NCBI GenBank assembly: GCA_047967505.1
Contig: CM106538.1
Origin: Dipteris shenzhenensis
Lineage: Eukaryota
DNA length: 64,000 bases
Direction: 5' to 3' (one strand)
Shown here: piece after piece, positions 37,864-48,400 of the stretch
Layout: the number at the start of each line of letters is the position of its first letter
How positions within the stretch are numbered: position 1 is the first letter of the stretch
The notes under the pieces: generated by a model
Database searches by the model: none
What the model was told of the DNA's origin: nothing
Seen by the model: only the letters and a program-made list of their open reading frames with translations
Position numbers and translations under genes: made by a program

Positions 37864-38568
37864 AATTGTCCTTTTATATGGTGTTCGTGTTTTCCATATG
37901 TTATCTTGCTATATTCTCCATATGATGTATTAATTTTGTTCCAAAGATCTTTTAATATTACTTGGAAATTTCTTCTATCTCATTGCCATAATTCAAACAT
38001 TCATATGTATTCTTGAATATATTTAATTTTATATATTTCATGAAAAGATGTGTTTGCATGTTGTAATACCTTCGGAGTGTGATACACATCCAAATTTATT
38101 TATGAGTTCATAAATGTTAAAAAGTGTGTTGAGTCTTGATCATGATAAATGAATTAGTGTAAATTGTTGTCTCTATCCTTATTCACTTCATATGAATGCT
38201 CAAATATGTTTTGGCCGCTTGGCCAAATCTTTTCTTAGTGGGAACACTCGGGCAATGCTAGATAATGTTGGACTCCACTCTATCTATTATGCAAAGGTTT
38301 TTGGCATTGTAAGGATATGTAGTTTTGGGGATTAAAATAACTTGAAAGGGTATAGATTCAACAACTTTAGGGGGTATACTAAGCATATGAACATGAATGC
38401 TTTTTTTTTTTTAGTATTCCAATCTTGTTTTGAAAAAGAAAAACATGAATGCTTTCACACAAACAAATTGCATTGAGAACACACAACCTAAAGTTTGACA
38501 ATTTGGTTTTCCATCTCAATCTTCAATTTGTTTCTACTTATGAATTTTATTTCCTTGTTTATCAACAG

Positions 38569-39831
38569 ATATTGGCCATCTCAATTTCACATCGCTAGAA
38601 GCATTGCCTGTACATGTGACATCTGATCCAATGATTTGTTATGTGCCTAATTTGAACATTAACATGCAAGTTCCAAGCTCAACATGGTTGATTGAAAATG
38701 TTGAGGATGCAATGTCTAGAGTTAATGTTCCATTGACAAATGTGGATGCAAGCTTAGAAGGTAAAGGAGAAGATGCAATGTCATTGTATGAAGCCAAGGT
38801 GCAGGAAGAAATCTTAGAAGGTAAAGGAGAAGACATAATGTCACCCTCAGAAATAATGTCAAAAGAGGTGATAACAAAAATAAGACTAGCAGTGATAATA
38901 GATTTGAAAGGTTTATTGCTCGAGCGTTGTTTTTTGAAGTCAAATAAACATATGAGCTTGCACAATGGGAAGCATTGGCTTGTTCTCCATCCTGGGTGTT
39001 TAAAGTTTCTACAATGGTTGCTCGATCACTACCATGTTGGCATTTGGTCCACTGGAGGAGAAAAGGGCATGGTGGACACTTTGGAGCACCATGTTAACAG
39101 AAAGTTTTATTTCTTCATGGTTTGGGGTGCGATGGCATGCCACAAGCATACAAAGAGTAGAATCATTTGACCAGATAGGATGAATGTGGAAGCAGAGTTT
39201 AAACCATTAATGAGAGTGTGGTGTTGTTTTAAAGAGGAATGCAAGCTAGCAAGAACAGTGTTCTTACACGGGTTGTGTTAATCCAGCAAAAAATTACATT
39301 TTCCCTACAAAATTTGATATAGATTGTGGTGATTCTAGTTTGCTTCATGAGTTATTACCGTACCTACAGATGCTAGATGATGCAGTAGATGTGCGCAGTG
39401 CCATCTCTTCTAACAGATTTGGTCAAGCTCCGATTGTCAAAGGGCATGATATGTTCTATTATTTTCAACCAGTGATCCTTGAATTCAAAGAAAAAAACAA
39501 AGAATTTCTCGAAAGGATGAATGTCAAATCTCATATGTCTACTCGTAGTTCAAAAAAAGACATAGAGAAAGGTATTACTTCACCTATAACCAAAACTAGA
39601 GTGAGAGGGACTTGTCCTACTACAAGAAGTATGGTGCATGCTCAACATGTTACATTGAATGAAGGGGAAGAATGCATGCTAGGAAAAATTATCAAAATGG
39701 GGCCATTGAAAGATAGTGAGGCAAAATGCTTTGCTATGGTTCTTGGATGCAAGGAAAGGGGAATCACTGCCGATGCTGCAAGGGCATTCTTAGCCAACTT
39801 GATTCGATTTTATTGCATAGACAACCCTTAG
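38569..39831 (+). pseudogene. FCP1/NIF-family HAD phosphatase-like gene (plant C1271.03c-like type), disrupted
   Basis: LAVIIDLKGLL (motif I position), LHPGCLKFLQWLLDHYHVGIWST, FMVWG..C, KPLMRVW, RTVFL (the DDSP motif appears deleted), NPAKNYIFP, LLPYLQMLDDAVDVRSAISSNRFGQAPI. A splice acceptor TTTATCAACAG ends at 38568. There is a TGA at 39168 and a frameshift. Confidence 0.75.
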
Positions 39832-40076
39832 GGAATGTGAGTGATCTTGTTAATTAGAGTTGCAAACACAAATGCTCAGCTAAAACATTTGTACCTAAAT
39901 TCTGATTTATATTTGGACACTATTTGGTTAGATTCGATTTGCAAAACATTGTTTCAATTTGTTTTGTGAAAGAATTAATAGACATTGAGTTAGTACCTTG
40001 TCCAAAAAATGCTATGTGCTTTGTGATGTGAGTTTGTATTCCTCCACTAAAAGAATGTTTCTTTGATTTTAAACAT

Positions 40077-40634
40077 ATGATAGGTGTTGCAGATTGTCCT
40101 GAAAAGTTGAAGAGCTATCTTATTACAAATTTTGATCCTGCATCCAATGGCTTATGGAAACATAAATTGCCCATACCCATTGAGCACATGTTCGAAATGA
40201 ATGGCATCCATTATGAAGTAAAGAAATCAACAATACCTGGGGCAGGATATGGTCTTTTTGTACATACGAGCATCAAGAAGAAACAAGATTTGATGGTATA
40301 TAATGGTCCAAAGTATGATTATGATACTTGGATATCTCTCCTCAAGTTTTTCCCAAGGATAAAGACTTATGGAATGTTTGAAGATCCATTCATAGAGCCA
40401 TTGACAGATGTGAAATGTATTGTGGGAGATGTATTGTATGGAAACATTGCTCAATATATAAATAGCTCAATGTATTATAAAGAAAGAACAAATGTTATAT
40501 TTGTATACATCCCTAAACTACCACCTTGGGCTCAAAAGTCACAAGGAAATTTGAGTGCCCATGGCTACATTACTGTGCAAACCATAAAGGATATCTCCTT
40601 CGGAGATGAGCTACTTTGTGAGTATGAATACTAG
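40077..40634 (+). CDS. Stand-alone SET-domain protein (lysine methyltransferase-like); open ORF, possibly a terminal exon
   Basis: YEVKKSTIPGAGYGLF (motif I GxG), LMVYNG, GNIAQYINSS (RFINHS position), ITVQTIKDISFGDELLCEY (ELxxDY). No pre-SET or post-SET Cys clusters. Confidence 0.8.
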   Translation: MIGVADCPEKLKSYLITNFDPASNGLWKHKLPIPIEHMFEMNGIHYEVKKSTIPGAGYGLFVHTSIKKKQDLMVYNGPKYDYDTWISLLKFFPRIKTYGMFEDPFIEPLTDVKCIVGDVLYGNIAQYINSSMYYKERTNVIFVYIPKLPPWAQKSQGNLSAHGYITVQTIKDISFGDELLCEYEY

Positions 40635-41937
40635 TATGGAATTGTTAATGATTATGTTAAATGATGTGGTGCGAAATTGGCTATATGTCAATGGTTTTGA
40701 TTACATTTAGTACAAGAAAGCAATTTTAAAAAAGGTTTTTATCAAGACCATGTCTCTGAGTTTCATGAGCTCTATTGTGATGGAGAGTTTCATGAGCTCT
40801 ATTGTGATGGAACGGTGTTTTTAAACACCACATTTATATGATGGATGTCAAAGCTCTACCATAATCCTATTGCTGCATATGTCAATACTGCAATTTATCA
40901 ATATAGAAACATATGCATTTGACATTAATTTGATACATCTAATATACCAAATAAAAATTGACAATTGTTGTAAGTTTAATTTTGTTTTTGAAGACCACAT
41001 TTATATGATGGATGTCAAAGATCTATAACAATCCTATTGCATATATCAATACTGCAATTTAATTTACTCCAATGAATCTTCCTAACACAACATCTATAAA
41101 TTGGCTTTTGTTTGTGGTTTCGATGCATATGAAACAACAAACATCTTTCTTTCACTAGCAAATCAACAAATGTTTTGGCCATGGAGCCATGTTCACATCT
41201 ATTAAGGCCTTTTGCCATAGCGACATACGGAAGATTTTTGCTTGGGTTTCTAGGAATTGGGAAAGTATTGTGCATTGAAACTTGGGTCCTCAATGGAGCT
41301 AATGTTTCAATAAAAAACATCAAATTTTACTTTTGAAGTGACTATATTTTATTTTGTGGGAATTGGGGATTTCCCAAATTCTCTAATATAGTGTTATAGA
41401 TGACATGCATGTTGTAGGTCACTGAGAAACAACCAAACCTCTATGTCAAGGTCTTCTGCATTTTGAGTTACGCAACGCACCACTTTGCATTGGAACACCC
41501 TGGGTTACCAGTTGCCATGGATGATTCGTGAAAGAGAACCAAACTTGCAAATGGGTGAAATGCAAGTGAGAGAACTAGGAGGAAAAGTTGGAATGCAGGC
41601 AACAAAGCCCTTTTAGGCAAGAAAGATGCCTTGGGTTATCTATTGCCATGGATGGAAGGGGGACGAAAGCAAGCAAGAGAACTGGGAGGGAAAGCAAGAG
41701 AATCCTAGACTTGAGAAAGCACATTTGAATCGTTGATTCATACAAGCTAGAAAACTAGTTTAGGAGGGAATTTGAAATTCACATTTGAGTTCGTGATCTT
41801 TTTTTAAAATGACTCATTGTTAGGTTTATACAATCATATATCCATAAAGTTTTTTTTTCTCTCTTATTTTGTGAAATTATTTGGTATTTTCTTAATTTTC
41901 TAAACATTACATTACCTGTCTTGTGATTGGTGGAGGG

Positions 41938-42510
41938 TGTTAGATATGCTCAATGCCCCACCCTCCTGGTAACCACCAGTGGTCCAAGGAGCTCAAGTTG
42001 TAAGGCCGCCATATGAGAAGAAGCCATGTGTGAGCCCAGGACACTAGATGGATCCTGACTTGCATGTCAGATGGGCTAGGCAGGGTAGGTAAGGTGGTAG
42101 CACAACGAGGCACATTGTCTTGATTGTGTGGGAGACCCTTGCTCTTGTTGGGGTCTGAGGGCCAACTGGCCCCCAATAAGGGGGTCCTAGGGGGGCCAGC
42201 GGCCCCCCTGGTGGGGGTTCTGGGGCGAAAGCCCTCGAGGCGAAGGTATAGGGAATATTCCTTGAATATTCCATGCATAACTAGTTGGTTCCACCGACTA
42301 GGTTGATTGGTCGGCTCCACCGACTACATTGATCTGACTACCACCCTCATAGCTGTAAAGAGGCAACCGTCCCAGTCCATTGCATCATATCAGATCTTCT
42401 AGTAGAGATCTTCTAGCTAGTAGCTCTTCACCTAGTATTTTTCTAGATTACCATCTAAGCTCCACTGTGGGAGTGCACGGGTGGACGGAGCCATCATCTG
42501 TACTACATCA
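41938..42510 (+). repeat. Probable 3' LTR (Copia-like) after a polypurine tract; right boundary uncertain
   Basis: GGTGGAGGG followed by TGTTAG resembles the PPT-LTR junction at 53846-53860. It contains a GC-rich hairpin-forming segment at ~42150-42245. Confidence 0.4.
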
Positions 42511-42659
42511 GTATTGAAGGAAAATTTTGTTCGTCTCTAGTTTGCTATGAACTCTCTCTATTCTTTTTTCAGTTTCTATTCCGCTGCGCCGTGTAATTTA
42601 ACAGAGAGTGATTTTTCATTTTGGCCAAAAGGCCCCAAAATGAGTTCCCTTTTTTCCTA

Positions 42660-43363
42660 ATGAGCAAAAGAGAGAAAGAGAAATAATGAAGAAAGAAAGT
42701 AGGAGAAAGAGAGGAGGAGAGAAAAATGGAGAAAAAGAAGAGAGGAAAAGAGAGAGAGAGTAAGAGAAGAACAAAGAAAGAGAGCAAGAGAGAAAAGAGA
42801 GGAAACGAGAGTAAGAGAGAGAGAGAGGAAGAGGAAGAGACAGAAAGAAGAAGAAAAAAGAAGAGAGGAAAAGAGAGGAAAAGAGAAAGAGAAAGAGAGA
42901 AAACTTGGGAAAAGAGAGGAAGAGAGTAGGAGAAACAGAGAAAAGGGAGGAAAAGAGAGAAAGAGACGGAAAGAAGAGAACAAGAAGAAAGAAGAGAGAG
43001 GAAAAGAAAGAAAGATAGTAAAAGAGTAGGAGAAAGAGAGAAAACTTGAAAAAAGAGAGGAAGAGAGTAGGAGAAAGAGAGAAAAGAGAGGAAAAGAGAG
43101 GAAGCCAGGAAGAGAGAAAAGAGAGAGGGAAAATAATAGAAAACAGAGGAAGAGAGAAGAGAGAAAGGAAAAGAGAGGAAGAGGAAAGAGAAGAAGAGAG
43201 AAAAGAGAGAAACTTGACTAGGAGAAAGAGAGAAAGAGAGAAAGAGAGGAAAAGAGCAGAAAGAGGAAGAGATGAAAGAGGAAAGAGAGAAATACATGAA
43301 GAGAGAAAGAGAGGAAAAGAGAGAGAGAAAGAGAGAAGAGAAGAAAGAGGAAGAGAGAAGAGA

Positions 43364-43408
<45 letters not shown>

Positions 43409-43475
43409 GGGGAAGAGAAGAAAGAGGATAGAGAGAAAGAGGAAGAAAGAAAGAGAGGAAGAGAGGAAAGAGAGG

Positions 43476-43531
<56 letters not shown>

Positions 43532-43625
43532 GAGAGAAAAGAGAGGAAAAGAGAGGAAGAGAGTAAGAAAAAGAGCGAGACAAAAACAGAGGAAGAGTGA
43601 GAGAAAGAGAGAAAGAGATGGAGCG
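42660..43625 (+). repeat. ~960-bp GA-rich purine tract with (GA)n runs
   Basis: Purine-only stretches and (AG)n at ~43370-43400 and ~43480-43525. Its position upstream of a TnpD start mirrors 11953-12724. Confidence 0.95.
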
Positions 43626-44627
43626 AGTGAAGGGAGATAAGGGCTCTACACCCATCACATTCGCTAGCACGTAAGGCACTAGCAAATAACCATTACAACA
43701 TAAAAATAAAATAAAAAGAAAGTAATGTAGAACTTTCATACCTAGAGCTGAAGAATATGAGGCGACCTAGAAGCAAAAGAGAGAGGTTTTGATCGGCTCC
43801 CCTATAAAATAAATCAAACACCTCTCTTTTTTTTAAAACCAGTGTAGGTGAAGCAAAAACTATTGGGAGCAACAAAGCAAGGGAATGAAGCAACTTTGCA
43901 ACGGAAATCCTTACTATAGGCAAGCAACTAGAGCAAAAAAAAAGCAAACAACCAAAACAAGAGGTATAGTTTTTCTCTACATCTTCCTATTTCTTATGGT
44001 TCTTCTTAGAGGAAAGTGAAAGGGCATTGTGAGGGAAAGTAGAGTAACTTGAGGAAAAGTAGAGGAAAACACAGCAAACAAATAACTTAGAAAGCATAAA
44101 TTTTGAAAAGAAAGAAAGAGAAGAGAAGCACATACCTTGAAAGAAAGGGAGCAAGAGGTTTGTTGCAAGACCTAGAGGTGGAGATGGAGATTCATGGAAG
44201 GATGGAGAAGTGAGAGGTGGGGAGGGAGCTTTATCTATAGGGATGCAAAACAAAGTCAAATGGATGGTGAAATGTGAAAAACAGCTAGCAAAATAGAGTC
44301 ATAGGAGAGAGAAGCATGGGCACATAGATTTGGCTATTTTTGCCAGAAAATTGCCATTAGATATATATTGATGGTTGTAAATGCACATCGTCGGTATCTC
44401 GTCGGTATATACTGACACTTATCCATCGATATGTATGAACAAAATATGGCTTTCATCAGTATATAGTGATGGATAGGGGGTTTGGCAACATGTTGACAAA
44501 AATAGGGTCTGAAGTCAGTATATACTACCTGAACAAGGAACTTTCCTAAAATTGATGGATGCTTGGGTGATTTTTGACTCTTTTGGTCTTGACTTGGCTT
44601 TTTTGTTGTGGTTTTGGACGTGTGCAG

Positions 44628-45410
44628 ATGGCGAGGATGAGTGGAAGCTCTTTGAAGAAGGGGCCAAGGCTTGAGAGCACATACTAGCTTAAGGAGAGGT
44701 TACCTTGTCCTTACACACATTGCAAGTGAGAAGTTTAACATCAGCACAGTATTGTCATCCAGCATATGCAAGCATATGAGGAGTCACCAAAAGTACCACC
44801 GATTGTTGGTGGAGCTAAAGGATTATCGATAAGTCAATGGCATTTGAGTCCATGATCAATGGTATTTGAGTTCACAATCACACTAACCTTGTATTTATGC
44901 AAAACCATTCTACAAGATGAGGAGGGCAACGAAACATATGCACCTACACTCTTGGAGCCTATGAACAATCTCCTTGATGTGCCAAATGATGACAAGGGTA
45001 TGGTGGACATGATGGATTCTATTTAAAAATAGAGGCACGATGTCGCATGTGCATGTGATGTCCGAGTCTGAGACCGTGGTGTGGGAGTTGCAATCAACAC
45101 TCTTGTATGATGGTACTCGGATGTCAAAACTATGGGCTTGCTTCTTGATCTTAAATTTGCAAGTATGGTTGGTCAGACACAATTGTGTCGGCTTTAATTA
45201 TTTTAATAGTTACTAATATCTCATTCTTTTAAAGTATGGTTGGTTAAACACAAGTGTGTCGGCCTTAATGAGGTTAGCGCATATCGATTGATGTTTGGAT
45301 ATTTAATTGTTTTAGTAGTTACTAGTATCTTATTCTTAAAGTTTTTAATTGCAACAGGTTGCCCCAAAAGATGTTTCCTGCTCCAAATACCATGCCCACA
45401 TCAAAGTGTG
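44628..45410 (+). mobile_element. 5' part of another CACTA TnpD, truncated at the Gypsy junction
   Basis: ERLPCPYTHCK...IVIQHM (transposase-associated CPCxxC..H domain), TLLYDGTRMSKLWACFLILNLQ and LPQKMFPAPNTMPTS parallel TPLFEGCTFSILCASL.LLNLQ and LLCKMLPRENKLPTS of the copy at 13.8 kb. Confidence 0.7.
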
Positions 45411-48400
45411 TGGCAAGGGGCCCCCGAACTCGAGGCCACAAGGGCTGAACATATCCTTGGAGGGCTCCCAAAAAATTTTAATATGGTCTGTAGAGATTCC
45501 ATTCCAGGACACTATATGGCCCAGGATGACACCATGTTTGACCCAGAACTAGCACTTAAGAGAATTGAGGGATATGTGGTATAAGCGGCATTTCTCGGGG
45601 ATGTGATCCTGAGGTACTTCAAGTGGTCATCCCACTTCGAGTTCACGTAGATGTCATCTACGAAGACTTCCATGCATATGTTGTCTGAGAGACTTCCAAG
45701 AAGTCTCTCAAATACTCTTTGAATACATCGATCATCATCCGTTGGAAGGTAGCAAGGGCATTGGTTAATCCGAATATCATCACCCTAGCTGTTATACACC
45801 CCATTCAGTTGTGAAGGCAGTCTTATGTTGATCTTGTGGGGTGATCGACACTTGGTTGTAACCTGAAAATCCATCTAGGAAGCTATATGCCTCTTTTCCA
45901 TGGCTACCCTTTCTAGAACATGTTCCATGAATGGCAAGGAGTAGTGGTCATGTCTTGTGGCAACCAGCAATAACCTTTTTCAAATCCACACATGCCCTGA
46001 TTTTTCCATTTTTCTTTAGGACTACCATGATAGGTGATAGCCAGTCCGTATGCTCAATCTCATAGATGAATCCTACGTCTATGAGTTTCTAGATTTCTTC
46101 CCTCATTATGAGTGTGTATTTAGGATTCATGGGGTAGAGGCATTGCCGTACTAGCCTGGCATCATCTATCATTGGGATTGTGTGCTACACTACTATGATA
46201 GGCACCCTTTTCATGCCAGTGTACTTCCAGGCCATGCAGTCCTTGTACTTCTTTAGGAGAGCTATTAAGGCATTCTCCATGTTGGGGGTGAGGTCATCGG
46301 TGATGAATACGAGTTGTGGGTCCTACCCTTCTAGGGCTAGGTTTACCTCCTTGATCGGGGCTGGCCCATCATACCCTTGAGAGCAATTATCCTCTTGAGA
46401 CCTTTTGGCCTGTTGGTTTAAGATCTTACGATCCTTAATCGTATAGGCCTTGTAGTGGGCTGGTACCTACCGTAGGTCCTCTTTATCTTCAATTTCCTCT
46501 ATCTCTACTAGAGCAGTGCTCCTTTTGGCCTTAGCTTTACCTTTGGATATAGGGGATTTTGGATCTGAAGGGGGCTCTTCCATTGTGCTTACAGAGCTGA
46601 CGGGGGTGGTTACCCTACTTGCCTTGTTTCTCCAGTTGGAGGAGAACTCGTGGTGAGCAGTTGTGGCACCTATGTAGGACAGCCAGTGATTTTACCCTCA
46701 CAGATCCCTTACTTACCTCTTAGAGTTCGAGCATGTTACATTCTTAGGGGAACCACTACAGTCAGTAGACCCTTGAGCTCTGGAGTGGTGATCTGAAACC
46801 CTACTCTTTCTGGGACATCTATATTGTCTAAGATGTGCATCCAAAATCTACGAGAATTCTACCTCGAGGACAGGTGCACACCAAAAGTCATCAAACTCCT
46901 TCTCATCCTCTTCCTTGTCACAAGGTCGGAATAGCTTTATAGAGGTGGTTCGAGCGGTGGTGTCAGACTCAACAGCAAAGAGGTGTCCTGACAAAGGGTG
47001 GGCCTTGTAGGTGTGCAAGTCCACTCTCATGGTTTGCTCCTCGTGCCGCAAGTAGATGTTATCATTACACCAGTCATGCATGAGTCTAGGCATTCACAAG
47101 AAGGGCCTGCCTAGGATAGCTTCATGTCCTGGCTGTCGACTGAAGTCCATGACCATGAGCTTGATGGGGTACGTGAATCCAAATACCTTAATGTTTATGC
47201 CAGTCAACACTCCCAGGGGTTCGGCAGTTCCCCCATCGGCTAACTTTACTACCAGATGGGTTTGCTCGAGTGTGGGTTTTCCCCATTTCACCCAGCATTC
47301 CTTGGTGCAGACACTCACTCCTTCCCCCCCATCCAGGATGGTTTCAACCTTCTAGTTTTGATAGACTATGGGGATAGAGGCATTCATGTCATCACCCTCA
47401 AAGTACTAGCCTAACTTGTTGATGGGAACCTTAGGTAGGTTCTACCCCTTTTCTAGAGTCAATTGGTTAGGCTTAGGGCTGCTGGTAGGGGCTGGAGGTA
47501 AGAATGACTTATTCATCCAATTGGACAGATCATGCCATAGGATGGGATTTCCTCTTAGCAGGGAAGCGATCGACATTTTCACTTCTGTCGATAGGAAGGC
47601 AGCCAACCGCAGCACTGTCGTAGGGCTCTAGTGAAGCTTCTTCCTCCATGGACAACATGTCCTTGAAGCCATACAGGTCTCCTTCCTCCTGGAGGTTATG
47701 CAACACTGGGTCTTCCTAGAACATCTTCTGCATCAGATCCAAAGCTTCTAACTGCTGCCCGAAGCTAAGGTGTTCCTCTTCCTCCACCCTCTCTGGTACC
47801 TTGAACGATTTTGCCCCTCAGTGGCCCATCAGGTGGGCTAGATGAATAGTATCTGATCCCCTACTGGCCTTTAGTCGATGCTCGAACTTCTCTTGGCAAT
47901 CCCGTACCAAGTTTTGGGCATCTTTTAGGTCTCCTTATAGGAGGGTGAGGGTGCTAGGCCTTGGTCCTGCACTAGTTTGTTCAGCTTTGGGATTAGGGGC
48001 ACTTCAAGGTCACCCTGGGTGGAAGACTATTCGAAAGCAAAGGAGGTGGCAAGAGTAGCTGTCTCCTCATCAAAACCGTCCTGGATGAGCACCCGGTCGG
48101 ATCCATCACTTACTCGAATGGCCTTCATGGACCGGGTTAGGGGATGTGGGGGAATCTCGAGGTGGGCAATGGGGATCCTTTACCCTTCCTTTTGAGCTTC
48201 CTCATTGCTTTGCCTAATGCCTTGGCTTGCATCCTCGTGATGACGTGTAGTGGCATTGTGGCCACATGGCCCTATTCGATGCTAAGCAGATTAAGGCCGG
48301 TGCTCTTTGGCAAGATGATTGGTGTGGTTGGTCTCCTCGTGGGATAGTCCTGGAATAGATGCTCAGTTCCACACCCCACACATAAGGGGGTGGGGTTAGT

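Noticed and set aside
39832-40093. Splicing of the FCP1-like gene to the SET ORF as one fusion protein
   Set aside because: The GTGAGT donor at 39837 would be phase 2 and follows a TAG, while the candidate acceptors at 40083 and 40092 need phase 1. Not supported without transcripts.
34951-40634. Bacterial or phage contamination / operon
   Set aside because: It contains a GT-AG intron, a plant-type FCP1-like gene, and the same C>T decay pattern as the flanking plant TEs.
41938-42510. 3' LTR of the Copia that starts at 25851
   Set aside because: No visible similarity to the 5' LTR at 25851-26066.
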